Assembly (NCBI GenBank): GCA_002471195.1
Contig: DKPN01000067.1
Coordinates: forward strand, 46,126-110,125
Direction of reading: 5' to 3'
DNA from: Bacteroides sp. UBA7333
Lineage (GTDB): Bacteria > Bacteroidota > Bacteroidia > Bacteroidales > Bacteroidaceae
Length of the DNA stretch: 64,000 bases
Below the pieces are notes generated by a model, which searched no databases, was not told the DNA's origin, and worked only from the letters and a program-made list of their open reading frames with translations. Positions 12,579 through 22,426 of this stretch are shown here, one piece after another (position 1 is the first letter of the stretch; every line of letters begins with the position of its first letter). The position numbers and the translations under genes are program-made.

Positions 12579-12797
12579 ATGGCAAAGCAATCTGCAATAG
12601 AACAAGATGGAGTGATAGTTGAAGCATTGTCAAACGCAATGTTTCGAGTAGAATTGGAAAATGGACATGAAATTACTGCTCATATTTCTGGTAAAATGAG
12701 AATGCATTACATTAAAATATTACCAGGTGATAAAGTAAGAGTTGAAATGTCTCCTTACGACCTATCGAAAGGTAGAATTGTATTTAGATATAAATAA
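12579..12797 (+). CDS. infA: Translation initiation factor IF-1
   Basis: [18 protein letters not shown]. Confidence 0.99.
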   Translation: MAKQSAIEQDGVIVEALSNAMFRVELENGHEITAHISGKMRMHYIKILPGDKVRVEMSPYDLSKGRIVFRYK

Positions 12798-12805
12798 ATT
12801 AAGAT

Positions 12806-12922
12806 ATGAAAGTAAGAGCATCATTAAAAAAACGTACGCCAGAGTGTAAGATCGTAAGACGTAATGGCCGTTTGTATGTTATTAACAAGAAAAATCCTAA
12901 GTATAAACAACGTCAAGGATAA
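12806..12922 (+). CDS. rpmJ: 50S ribosomal protein L36 (not in ORF track; zinc-ribbon-degenerate type)
   Basis: Hand translation gives [38 protein letters not shown] (38 aa). Confidence 0.98.
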   Translation: MKVRASLKKRTPECKIVRRNGRLYVINKKNPKYKQRQG

Positions 12923-12955
12923 TTTATTATTTTTGCAAAAAAAATAATTTAGTAT

Positions 12956-13336
12956 ATGGCTATAAGAATAGTTGGTGTAGATTTACCTCAAAACAAAAGA
13001 GGTGAAATAGCGTTGACCTATGTATATGGTATAGGTCGTAGTAGTGCAGCTAAAATTTTGGATCAAGCTGGCATTGACAAAGATATCAAAGTTAAAGACT
13101 GGACTGATGATCAGGCTGCTAAGATTCGTGAGATTATTGGAGCAGACTATAAAGTTGAAGGTGATCTTCGTTCTGAAATCCAATTGAACATTAAACGTTT
13201 AATGGATATTGGTTGTTATAGAGGTGTGCGTCACCGTATTGGTTTGCCTGTAAGAGGTCAAAGCACTAAGAACAACGCACGTACTCGTAAGGGAAGAAAG
13301 AAAACCGTTGCTAATAAGAAAAAAGCTACTAAATAA
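12956..13336 (+). CDS. rpsM: 30S ribosomal protein S13
   Basis: [24 protein letters not shown]. Confidence 0.99.
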   Translation: MAIRIVGVDLPQNKRGEIALTYVYGIGRSSAAKILDQAGIDKDIKVKDWTDDQAAKIREIIGADYKVEGDLRSEIQLNIKRLMDIGCYRGVRHRIGLPVRGQSTKNNARTRKGRKKTVANKKKATK

Positions 13337-13347
13337 TAATTGTTGAT

Positions 13348-13737
13348 ATGGCAAAGAAAACAGTTGCAGCAAAAAAGAGAAATGTGAAAGTAGACGCTAA
13401 TGGACAATTACACGTTCATTCATCTTTCAACAATATTATTGTTTCTCTTGCAAACAGTGAAGGGCAGATCATCTCTTGGTCTTCTGCTGGAAAAATGGGA
13501 TTTAGAGGTTCTAAAAAGAACACTCCTTATGCAGCACAAATGGCTGCACAAGATTGTGCTAAAATAGCATTCGATCTTGGTTTGAGAAAGGTAAAAGCTT
13601 ATGTTAAAGGACCAGGTAACGGACGTGAGTCAGCTATCCGTACAATCCATGGTGCAGGTATCGAAGTAACAGAAATCGTTGATGTTACTCCATTGCCACA
13701 CAATGGTTGTCGTCCTCCAAAAAGACGTAGAGTTTAA
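13348..13737 (+). CDS. rpsK: 30S ribosomal protein S11
   Basis: [28 protein letters not shown]. Confidence 0.99.
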   Translation: MAKKTVAAKKRNVKVDANGQLHVHSSFNNIIVSLANSEGQIISWSSAGKMGFRGSKKNTPYAAQMAAQDCAKIAFDLGLRKVKAYVKGPGNGRESAIRTIHGAGIEVTEIVDVTPLPHNGCRPPKRRRV

Positions 13738-13757
13738 TAATTACCTTTAATAATAAG

Positions 13758-13825
13758 ATACTTGATTTTGTTTTTGGATTACATCTTTTTCTTCTCTGTA
13801 ATCGCGGCTGTAACAAATTGAGTAT
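13758..13825 (+). promoter_or_regulatory. Structured rpsD leader, candidate S4 autoregulatory RNA
   Basis: Outer stem ATACTTGATTTTGTT/AACAAATTGAGTAT encloses a perfect GATTACA/TGTAATC hairpin and an unpaired GCGGCTGT. It lies in the longest spacer (117 bp) of the r-protein cluster. Confidence 0.6.
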
Positions 13826-13854
13826 ACGAAAAAAACAATTTAATATTTAAAGAA

Positions 13855-14460
13855 ATGGCTAGATATACTGGACCAAAATCAAGAATCGCCCGTAAGTTTG
13901 GTGAAGGAATCTTTGGAGCTGATAAAGTTTTATCAAAAAAGAACTATCCTCCCGGACAACATGGTAATTCAAGAAAAAGAAAAACTTCAGAATATGGTAT
14001 ACAGTTGCGCGAAAAGCAAAAAGCAAAATATACTTATGGAGTTTTAGAGAAGCAATTCCGTAACTTGTTCGAAAAAGCAGCTACTGCAAAAGGTATTACC
14101 GGTGAGGTACTACTTCAATTGTTAGAAGCTCGTTTAGATAACATCGTTTACCGTTTAGGTATTGCTCCTACACGTGCTGCTGCTCGTCAATTAGTAAGCC
14201 ACAAGCATGTTACTGTTGATGGTAAAGTTGTAAATATTCCTTCATATGCTGTTAAACCAGGCCAATTAGTTGGTGTTCGTGAAAGATCTAAATCTTTAGA
14301 AGTAGTAGCTAACTCACTAACAGGTTTCAATCACAGCAAATATCCATGGTTAGAGTGGGACGAAACTACGAAAGTAGGTAAATTGCTTCACACACCTGAG
14401 CGTGCAGATATTCCTGAGAATATTAAAGAGCATTTGATCGTTGAATTGTATTCTAAATAA
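13855..14460 (+). CDS. rpsD: 30S ribosomal protein S4
   Basis: [34 protein letters not shown]. Confidence 0.99.
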   Translation: MARYTGPKSRIARKFGEGIFGADKVLSKKNYPPGQHGNSRKRKTSEYGIQLREKQKAKYTYGVLEKQFRNLFEKAATAKGITGEVLLQLLEARLDNIVYRLGIAPTRAAARQLVSHKHVTVDGKVVNIPSYAVKPGQLVGVRERSKSLEVVANSLTGFNHSKYPWLEWDETTKVGKLLHTPERADIPENIKEHLIVELYSK

Positions 14461-14471
14461 TAATTAATTTC

Positions 14472-15464
14472 ATGGCGATATTAGCATTTCAAAAACCTGA
14501 TAAAGTTTTAATGTTGGAAGCGGATCAAAAATTCGGTAAATTCGAATTCCGTCCGCTAGAACCCGGGTTCGGTATTACTGTAGGTAATGCTTTGCGCCGT
14601 ATTCTTCTTTCATCATTAGAAGGTTTTGCTATCACTACTATTAAAATAGAAGGTGTTGAGCATGAGTTTTCTAGTGTACCAGGCGTAAAAGAAGATGTGA
14701 CCAACATTATCTTGAATCTAAAACAAGTTAGATTCAAACAAGTAGTAGAAGAATTCGAAAGTGAGAAAGTTAGCATTACGATCGAGAATTCAAGTGAATT
14801 TAAAGCAGGTGACATAGGTAAGTATTTGACTGGATTTGAAGTGTTAAATCCTGAATTAGTTATTTGCCATTTAGATGCCAAAGCGACTATGCAGATAGAT
14901 ATCACTATCAATAAAGGTCGTGGATATGTACCTGCTGACGAAAATCGTGAATATTGCACCGATGTTAATGTTATTGCTATCGATTCAATTTACACACCAA
15001 TCCGCAACGTAAAGTATAGCATAGAAAACTTCCGTGTTGAACAGAAGACTGACTATGAAAAATTAGTACTTGAAATTGCAACTGATGGTTCCATACATCC
15101 GAAGGATGCTTTGAAAGAAGCAGCTAAAATTCTTATTCACCACTTTATGTTATTCTCAGATGAGAAAATCACTCTCGAGACTACTGACATTGATGGTAAT
15201 GAAGAATTCGATGAAGAGGTACTTCATATGCGTCAATTATTGAAAACTAAACTTGTTGACATGGATCTTTCTGTACGCGCACTTAACTGTTTGAAAGCGG
15301 CAGATGTTGAAACATTAGGTGATTTAGTTCAATTCAATAAAACTGACTTATTGAAGTTCAGAAACTTCGGAAAGAAATCGCTTACCGAGCTTGATGATTT
15401 GCTGGAAGGTCTGAATCTGTCGTTTGGAACCGATATTTCTAAATTTAAATTAGATAAAGAATAA
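14472..15464 (+). CDS. rpoA: RNA polymerase alpha subunit
   Basis: [39 protein letters not shown]. Confidence 0.99.
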   Translation: MAILAFQKPDKVLMLEADQKFGKFEFRPLEPGFGITVGNALRRILLSSLEGFAITTIKIEGVEHEFSSVPGVKEDVTNIILNLKQVRFKQVVEEFESEKVSITIENSSEFKAGDIGKYLTGFEVLNPELVICHLDAKATMQIDITINKGRGYVPADENREYCTDVNVIAIDSIYTPIRNVKYSIENFRVEQKTDYEKLVLEIATDGSIHPKDALKEAAKILIHHFMLFSDEKITLETTDIDGNEEFDEEVLHMRQLLKTKLVDMDLSVRALNCLKAADVETLGDLVQFNKTDLLKFRNFGKKSLTELDDLLEGLNLSFGTDISKFKLDKE

Positions 15465-15467
15465 AAA

Positions 15468-15944
15468 ATGAGACATAATAAAAAATTCAATCATTTAGGT
15501 CGTACTGCTTCTCATAGAAGTGCTATGTTGTCTAATATGGCATGTTCTTTGATTAAGCACAAAAGAATCACTACGACTGTAGCGAAGGCTAAAGCTTTGA
15601 AAAAATTTGTTGAGCCTTTGATTACAAAATCTAAAGAAGACACTACTAACTCACGTCGTGTTGTATTTAGCAATTTACAAGACAAATTTGCAGTTACAGA
15701 ACTTTTCAAAGAAATTTCTGTTAAAATTGCAGATCGTCCAGGTGGTTACACTCGTATTATCAAAACAGGTAATCGTTTAGGTGATAACGCTGAAATGTGT
15801 TTCATTGAACTAGTTGACTACAACGAGAACATGGCGAAAGATAAAGTTGCTAAAAAAGCTACACGTACTCGTCGTTCTAAGAAAGCTGTTGAAGCTGCTC
15901 CTGCTGTAGAAACTCCTGCAACTGAAGAACCAAAAGCTGAATAA
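15468..15944 (+). CDS. rplQ: 50S ribosomal protein L17
   Basis: [25 protein letters not shown]; Ala/Glu/Lys-rich tail. Confidence 0.99.
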   Translation: MRHNKKFNHLGRTASHRSAMLSNMACSLIKHKRITTTVAKAKALKKFVEPLITKSKEDTTNSRRVVFSNLQDKFAVTELFKEISVKIADRPGGYTRIIKTGNRLGDNAEMCFIELVDYNENMAKDKVAKKATRTRRSKKAVEAAPAVETPATEEPKAE

Positions 15945-15970
15945 TACCAATTATTTCCATATAGCTAAGC

Positions 15971-15999
15971 AAAGGTCACTCTTAATAAGAGTGACCTTT
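15971..15999. terminator. Intrinsic terminator between convergent rplQ and the MutS-like gene
   Basis: Perfect 13-bp stem AAAGGTCACTCTT-aat-AAGAGTGACCTTT. Confidence 0.85.
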
Positions 16000-16037
16000 A
16001 TTATTTTGTATCCTATCGATATTTAGATGGTATAAGC

Positions 16038-17849
16038 TTAATCTATAATAGCTATACCCATTTTCTTCATTAAAAAGCATGCATTCATATTTTGTGCAAT
16101 GCCCTCTCTCATTTTATATTTAAACTCCAGTTCATCTAATATAATGTCGGCCTCGAAGCAATAATTGCTGATGTTGTTTGTGAATTTAGTTTTTAGTTCA
16201 CCCAACATTAAATCATGAGTTGCTATAATGCCATTCGATTTAAGTTTAATGAATTGCTCAATCAATGCCAACGATCCCCGTTGTTTATCTATAGAATTTG
16301 TTCCTTTCAGTATTTCATCCAGTATAATAAACATCTCTTGCCCATTTGCGAGCAAATCGATAATCAATTTCAGTCGTTTTAATTCAGCATAGAAATACGA
16401 TTCACTATCTTTCAATGAATCGCTTGTACGAAGACTTGTAATTAATTTAGCCGGATAAACCTCCATCTCTTTCGCCCAAACCGGTAGGCCCATACATGCT
16501 AGGAGATAATTAACTCCAATGGTTCGTAAGTAAGTACTTTTGCCTGCCATATTGGCTCCGGTTATGATATTAAAATATTCACGTTTCGTCATATCAATAT
16601 CATTGCAAACACATTTGTCACGATGCATCAACGGATGGCCGAGCCCTTTTCCAATACAAACAAAAGGTTGAGTGCTGATTTTTGCATATACATATTCCGG
16701 ATGATTAAATGCAAAATTTGCCAACGAATTGTATGCATCCATCTCACCAATAGCATTCAACCACCTCGATATTTCATTACCATATTTTGTTTTCCATCTT
16801 TCTATTTTCATCATTTGGTATAGTTCCCAGAAGCATAATCCATTTAATAATAGATTCACTAAAACATTATTTCTTTGGTCTAACGTGTGCATCTCTTTCG
16901 CCAACTGCCCTATTATATCTGCGGCATTTATACTATCTACTTTCAGTGCATTCTTTATTTTTATCAAGTTTGTTGATGTGAATTTCTGTCTATTTACGAT
17001 TTCAATCAATTGCGCATAAGTTGACAATATGTCCAGCTTTCTCCCGTACTGCGATTGAATCTTGCTAATCCGACGTGTAAAGGCGATGCTAACACATATC
17101 AAACTACAAAACACAAACGAAAAGTAGCTAATCGACAAAACCTCGAAGTATGCCAATAGTAGCATTGCAGCGTTTAATAACAGTGCTGTATAAGGTAATA
17201 ACCTTAATAAAGGCTTACGATAGAAACTACTTTTCGATTTAGCCCATGAAGTTATTTCTTCCTCATCTGCTTTCTTTCCCTTATACAAAAGGCCTATTGT
17301 GTTGAAATGTTGTCTGAAATCAATGCTATCTGTTAACTCTTTCACAGCTGCTTGCCTCTTTTCTATTTCCTCTTTATTTTCGAGATGGTGTTGCAGTTCA
17401 TATGCCAACATCCGTTTGCCCATCGTAGTACATGTTCTGTTGATGTACTGAAATAGAGAATTGTCGCCAAATACATCTAAATCGAAAGTATACAAATGCT
17501 TTGAATCGATAAATTCATTTCCATTCTCCAGGTCCCTGAAATCATAATCCAACAACCGTATCTCTTTTTCGTTGATATCCCGCTGTTTTTCCCAGTAATC
17601 TTTTTCATAAAATAGTTGGCTATGATATTTTGATGTAGCCACAAATATTATTATACTTCCTACTATTACAGGTAATACATATTGCCATCCCATGTCCCAA
17701 GTAAATACAATAGATGCGATTGCAGCTACAAACATAAGAAGCTTAAGAGTTCCGATGCGATGTATTTGTTTGCGTTTGTGTTTTATCTTCACCGTACTTT
17801 CTTTTACTCGTTGACGGTATAGTTCAGTTAGTTGATTCTCGTTTTTCAT
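16038..17849 (-). CDS. Membrane-anchored MutS-related protein (MutS domain V ATPase)
   Basis: Walker A TGANMAGKST, SYFYAELKRL, Walker B IILDEILKGT, ATHD; hydrophobic N-terminal segments. ATG at 17849 is preferred because a TATATTTG promoter lies at 17865-17872 (-). Confidence 0.88.
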   Translation of the reverse strand: MKNENQLTELYRQRVKESTVKIKHKRKQIHRIGTLKLLMFVAAIASIVFTWDMGWQYVLPVIVGSIIIFVATSKYHSQLFYEKDYWEKQRDINEKEIRLLDYDFRDLENGNEFIDSKHLYTFDLDVFGDNSLFQYINRTCTTMGKRMLAYELQHHLENKEEIEKRQAAVKELTDSIDFRQHFNTIGLLYKGKKADEEEITSWAKSKSSFYRKPLLRLLPYTALLLNAAMLLLAYFEVLSISYFSFVFCSLICVSIAFTRRISKIQSQYGRKLDILSTYAQLIEIVNRQKFTSTNLIKIKNALKVDSINAADIIGQLAKEMHTLDQRNNVLVNLLLNGLCFWELYQMMKIERWKTKYGNEISRWLNAIGEMDAYNSLANFAFNHPEYVYAKISTQPFVCIGKGLGHPLMHRDKCVCNDIDMTKREYFNIITGANMAGKSTYLRTIGVNYLLACMGLPVWAKEMEVYPAKLITSLRTSDSLKDSESYFYAELKRLKLIIDLLANGQEMFIILDEILKGTNSIDKQRGSLALIEQFIKLKSNGIIATHDLMLGELKTKFTNNISNYCFEADIILDELEFKYKMREGIAQNMNACFLMKKMGIAIID

Positions 17850-18061
17850 ATTACAAATTTTGTTCAAATATAATCATATCCCTCTAATTTTTTACATAGA
17901 CACCTTAAATCGCCCCTTCAATGTAGCACTTCTAAATTATTAAATTGATCAGAATGATATTAATTGCTTTATTTTTTTGGATATTAAATCATTATTTATA
18001 TATTGCGACAACATAAATCTACTGTTGTAATGACAGATTGTAAACCTTATCACTCTTTGTT

Positions 18062-20053
18062 ATGAAAATAGCTTTAAGCAACACACTGCCCAAATACCCT
18101 TCGTTTGTAAAAGATATAAGGCGTGCTCCCGACCGTGGTTTTACCCTCACACCCGAACAAACATCCTTATCGTTGCGCAACGCCTTACGATATATTCCAA
18201 ATGATCTACACTCCGTTATGGCCGAAGAGTTTTTAGATGAACTCCACAATTATGGGCGCATATATGGTTATAGATATCGTCCCGAAGGCGATTTAAAAGC
18301 CCTTCCTATCGATTGCTATAGAGGTAATTGTATTGAAGGCAAAGCTTTTCAAGTGATGATTGATAATAATCTATGCTTCGATATAGCGCTTTATCCATAC
18401 GAGTTGGTTACCTACGGAGAGACGGGGCAGGTTTGTCAAAACTGGATGCAATATCGTCTGATAAAAATGTATTTAGAAGAGTTGACTCAAGACCAAACCC
18501 TTGTTATCGAGTCGGGCCATCCTTTAGGACTTTTCAAATCGCATCCCAACGCTCCAAGAGTTATCATTACCAATGCTATGATGATAGGGATGTTCGACAA
18601 TCCACACGATTGGCATACAGCCATGCAACTAGGTGTAGCCAATTATGGACAAATGACTGCCGGCGGATGGATGTACATCGGGCCTCAAGGCATTGTTCAT
18701 GGCACCTTCAACACTCTCCTTAATGCAGGACGAATGAAATTAGGCATTCCACAAGATGGAGATTTGCGTGGATATCTGTTTGTCTCTTCAGGGTTGGGTG
18801 GCATGAGTGGCGCACAGCCCAAAGCTGCCGAAATAGCTGGTGCTGCCTGTATCATTGCCGAAGTCGATCTATCTCGAATTGAAACACGCTATCAACAAGG
18901 TTGGGTAGGCCACGTGGCCCATCAATGTGGTGAAGCCTTTGCTTTGGCGCATCAATCGATGCTCAACGGCCAACCTATATCCATAGCTTATCATGGCAAT
19001 ATTGTCGATCTTCTTGACTATGCCGTTAAAAATAATGTGACCATTCATCTTTTGTCCGATCAAACTTCATGTCATGCTGTTTACGAAGGCGGTTACTGTC
19101 CGGTGCAGCTCACATTTGATGAACGTACCCAGATGTTGCACGATCGTCCAGAAATATTCAAACAGTTGGTCGACGAAACTTTGCATCGCCATTTCGAAGT
19201 CATTAAACAGTTGGTTCGCCGCGGAACTTACTTTTTTGATTATGGCAACTCCTTTATGAAAGCGATTTTCGATGCCGGTGTAATCGAAATTGCTCGCAAC
19301 CCCAACGATGTGCAAAGTGGGTTTATCTGGCCTAGTTATGTAGAAGATATTATGGGCCCCGAACTATTTGATTATGGTTATGGCCCTTTTAGGTGGGTTT
19401 GTTTAAGTGGGCAGCATGACGATTTGGTAAAAACCGACCGTGCCGCTATGGAGTGCATCGACCCCAATCGTCGTGGCCAGGATATGGACAATTATAACTG
19501 GATACGTGATGCCGAAAAAAATAAATTGGTGGTGGGCACGCAAGCTCGCATTTTATATCAAGATGCCGAAGGGCGATTAAAGATAGCCTTGCGATTCAAT
19601 GAGATGGTTCGCAATGGCGAGGTAGGTCCTATCATGTTAGGACGCGACCATCACGATGTGAGTGGCACCGATTCTCCTTTTCGCGAAACATCCAATATTA
19701 AAGACGGAAGCAATATTATGGCAGATATGGCCGTGCAGTGTTTTGCCGGAAACTGTGCCCGAGGCATGAGCCTTGTTGCTTTGCATAATGGGGGTGGAGT
19801 AGGCATCGGCAAAGCTATTAACGGTGGGTTCGGAATGGTTTGCGATGGCAGTAATCGAGTTGATGAGATACTTCGCAGTGCCATGCTTTGGGATGTGATG
19901 GGGGGTGTAGCTCGTCGTTCGTGGGCCCGCAATCAACATGCCATGCAAACTACCCAAAACTTCAATAACAATCATCAAGCAGATTATCAAATAACAATGC
20001 CCTTCGTAGCCGATGAGCAATACATTAACCAACTAATCAACGAAAAACTATGA
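18062..20053 (+). CDS. hutU: Urocanate hydratase (long form)
   Basis: YGQMTAGGWMYIGPQGIVHGT, GLGGMSGAQ, SDQTSCH, GRDHHDVSGTDSPFRET. Confidence 0.97.
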   Translation: MKIALSNTLPKYPSFVKDIRRAPDRGFTLTPEQTSLSLRNALRYIPNDLHSVMAEEFLDELHNYGRIYGYRYRPEGDLKALPIDCYRGNCIEGKAFQVMIDNNLCFDIALYPYELVTYGETGQVCQNWMQYRLIKMYLEELTQDQTLVIESGHPLGLFKSHPNAPRVIITNAMMIGMFDNPHDWHTAMQLGVANYGQMTAGGWMYIGPQGIVHGTFNTLLNAGRMKLGIPQDGDLRGYLFVSSGLGGMSGAQPKAAEIAGAACIIAEVDLSRIETRYQQGWVGHVAHQCGEAFALAHQSMLNGQPISIAYHGNIVDLLDYAVKNNVTIHLLSDQTSCHAVYEGGYCPVQLTFDERTQMLHDRPEIFKQLVDETLHRHFEVIKQLVRRGTYFFDYGNSFMKAIFDAGVIEIARNPNDVQSGFIWPSYVEDIMGPELFDYGYGPFRWVCLSGQHDDLVKTDRAAMECIDPNRRGQDMDNYNWIRDAEKNKLVVGTQARILYQDAEGRLKIALRFNEMVRNGEVGPIMLGRDHHDVSGTDSPFRETSNIKDGSNIMADMAVQCFAGNCARGMSLVALHNGGGVGIGKAINGGFGMVCDGSNRVDEILRSAMLWDVMGGVARRSWARNQHAMQTTQNFNNNHQADYQITMPFVADEQYINQLINEKL

Positions 20054-20952
20054 CTTGGAACAAAATAGTAGAGTGCGTACCCAATTTTAGTGAAGGTCGC
20101 GATCTTGAAAAGATAGATAAAATAGTAGCACCCTTTCGTGCCAAAAACGGCGTGAAGTTGCTCGATTATAGTAATGATGAAGATCATAATCGATTGGTCG
20201 TAACATTAGTGGGCGAACCCGAAGCACTATGTGATGCTTTGTTCGAAGCTATTGGCGTGGCTATGCAACTGATTGATTTAAATCAACATCACGGGCAACA
20301 TCCACGAATGGGTGCAGTCGATGTAGTACCCTTCATTCCAATTAAAAATGTAACAATGGACGATGCGATTGCATTATCCAAAAAACTGGCAGAGCGTGTA
20401 GCGAGTAGTTATCAACTGCCGGTATTTTTATACGAGAAATCGGCAACGGCTCCACATCGCGAAAATTTGGCTGCGGTGCGTAAGGGCGAGTTCGAAGGGA
20501 TGGCTACTAAGATAATGCAGCCCGAATGGTATCCCGATTTCGGACCGGCTCAGTGTCATCCTACTGCAGGAGTTGTAGCTATAGGTGCTCGCATGCCATT
20601 GGTGGCTTACAATATCAACCTCAATACACCCAATTTAGAAATTGCCACCGACATTGCCAAAAAAATACGTTTCATAGGGGGTGGGCTACGTTATTGCAAA
20701 GCCATGGGAGTAGAGTTGAAAGACAGAGGCATCACTCAGGTTTCGATTAATATGACCGACTACACCAAGACTGCTCTATACCGAGCTTTCGAGTTGGTGC
20801 GTATCGAAGCCCGTCGATATGGCGTAACCATTGTAGGAAGCGAAATTATAGGATTGGTACCGATGGAAGCACTCATTGATACCGCATCTTATTATCTAGG
20901 TTTAGAAGATTTTTCAATGCAACAGGTGCTCGAAGCACGCATCATGGAGTAA
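20050..20952 (+). CDS. ftcD: Glutamate formimidoyltransferase
   Basis: VECVPNFSEGR, DHNRLVVT, HPRMGAVDVVPF; ATGA overlap with hutU. Confidence 0.96.
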   Translation: MTWNKIVECVPNFSEGRDLEKIDKIVAPFRAKNGVKLLDYSNDEDHNRLVVTLVGEPEALCDALFEAIGVAMQLIDLNQHHGQHPRMGAVDVVPFIPIKNVTMDDAIALSKKLAERVASSYQLPVFLYEKSATAPHRENLAAVRKGEFEGMATKIMQPEWYPDFGPAQCHPTAGVVAIGARMPLVAYNINLNTPNLEIATDIAKKIRFIGGGLRYCKAMGVELKDRGITQVSINMTDYTKTALYRAFELVRIEARRYGVTIVGSEIIGLVPMEALIDTASYYLGLEDFSMQQVLEARIME

Positions 20953-20959
20953 ACGATTT

Positions 20960-22192
20960 ATGAACAACCTAATCATAAAGAATGCACATATCATCACTCC
21001 ACAAGGCACTGCTGCCCGCCGTGGTAAAGAGATGACTGAAATGCTCCACATCAACCGAGGTACTGTCGAAATCACCGAGGGTATCATTACCTATGTCGGC
21101 CCCAATTTGCCCGGCAATAAGTCTGGCTACGAAATACTCGATGTTCAAGGCAATGTATTGTTGCCCGGTTTCATCGATTCGCATACCCATCTTGTGTTTG
21201 GAGGGTATCGTCCCGAAGAGTTTCTGTGGCGAATCAATGGCGATAGTTACATGAGTATCATGGAGCGAGGAGGTGGCATTTTCAATACCGTTCGAGCTAC
21301 TCGCGAAGCCTCTTTCGATGAGCTAAAGAACAAAGCCGAATGGTTTATAGATGCCATGAGTAAAATGGGAGTTACCACCGTCGAGGGTAAAAGCGGCTAC
21401 GGACTCGATTGCGACACCGAATTGATGCAGCTCAAAGTAATGCAAGCCATCAATAGCGACCCCAATCATAAGGTAGACATTGCCACCACTTTTATGGGAG
21501 CACATGCTTTGCCCCACGAGTATACCGATTGTCGGCAGACATATATCGACTTTCTAATACAACACATGTTGCCATTGATCAAAGAGCAATCGTTGGCTCA
21601 GAATTGTGATGTGTTTTGCGAGCAAGGTGTTTTTACCATCGAAGAGTCGTATCAATTGCTTTCCGCTGCCAAAGCGATGGGATTTGGCATTAAGCTCCAT
21701 GCCGACGAAATTGTAAGTTTGGGTGGTGCGCAGTTGGCTGCAAGGTTGCAGGCTCTAAGTGCCGATCATCTGTTGCATGCCTCCGACGAAGGCATACGAG
21801 CATTGGCACAAAGCAATGTAGTTGCTACATTACTACCGCTTACGGCCTTCACACTACGTGAACCCTATGCCCGCGGACGCGAAATGATTGATGCCGGGTG
21901 TGCGGTGGCATTGGCTACCGATTTGAATCCCGGTAGTTGTTGCTCAGGTTCTATACCGCTACTCTTTGCCTTGGCTTGCATCTATATGCATCTCACCGTC
22001 GAAGAGGCTATCACTGCACTTACCTTAAATGGTGCTGCCGCTCTCAATATGGCACACAAAACCGGTAGCATAGAAGTAGGGAAGTGGGGCGATCTCGTAG
22101 TACTCGACACCGATACACCTGCTGTGTTGCCCTACTATACGGCAATGAACTCGGTGAAGCATACCATAAAAAGAGGGGAAATATTGAAGTGA
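20960..22192 (+). CDS. hutI: Imidazolonepropionase
   Basis: PGFIDSHTH, EGKSGYGL, LHADE, SADHL, ATDLNPG. Confidence 0.96.
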   Translation: MNNLIIKNAHIITPQGTAARRGKEMTEMLHINRGTVEITEGIITYVGPNLPGNKSGYEILDVQGNVLLPGFIDSHTHLVFGGYRPEEFLWRINGDSYMSIMERGGGIFNTVRATREASFDELKNKAEWFIDAMSKMGVTTVEGKSGYGLDCDTELMQLKVMQAINSDPNHKVDIATTFMGAHALPHEYTDCRQTYIDFLIQHMLPLIKEQSLAQNCDVFCEQGVFTIEESYQLLSAAKAMGFGIKLHADEIVSLGGAQLAARLQALSADHLLHASDEGIRALAQSNVVATLLPLTAFTLREPYARGREMIDAGCAVALATDLNPGSCCSGSIPLLFALACIYMHLTVEEAITALTLNGAAALNMAHKTGSIEVGKWGDLVVLDTDTPAVLPYYTAMNSVKHTIKRGEILK

Positions 22193-22222
22193 CATCTACC
22201 ATGGAGTGGGGCTATCGCAACA

Positions 22223-22303
22223 ACATTCCCATGTAGTGCATTACTACACGCCCATGTTTTATACCTTTACATGCCCATGTGTTGCAATAAAACATGCCCA
22301 TGT
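22223..22303. repeat. Four 12-bp palindromic direct repeats (ACATGCCCATGT consensus) at an exact 23-bp period with unique 11-bp spacers
   Basis: 22223 ACATTCCCATGT, 22246 ACACGCCCATGT, 22269 ACATGCCCATGT, 22292 ACATGCCCATGT. Spacers are AGTGCATTACT, TTTATACCTTT and GTTGCAATAAA. Confidence 0.85.
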
Positions 22304-22426
22304 ATTTATGCTTTAATCGATAAAACAAGCCCTAAGATGCACCTAATAAGTGAGTTGATTATCGATTTTGCAATATCTGTTAAAACAGTAATTAAATCAA
22401 AACAATAACCTTTAAATTTCAATATC

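Noticed and set aside
22223-22303. CRISPR array interpretation of the repeat-spacer pattern
   Set aside because: 12-bp repeats and 11-bp spacers are far below CRISPR sizes, and no cas genes are in the window. Kept as an unexplained repeat.
22206-22316. GTG-started 36-codon ORF with 5 His codons inside the hut operon (possible His-sensing leader)
   Set aside because: Four of the five His codons are by-products of the CAT-containing repeat. The 23-bp period breaks frame, the His codons are not consecutive, and no terminator/antiterminator pair is evident.
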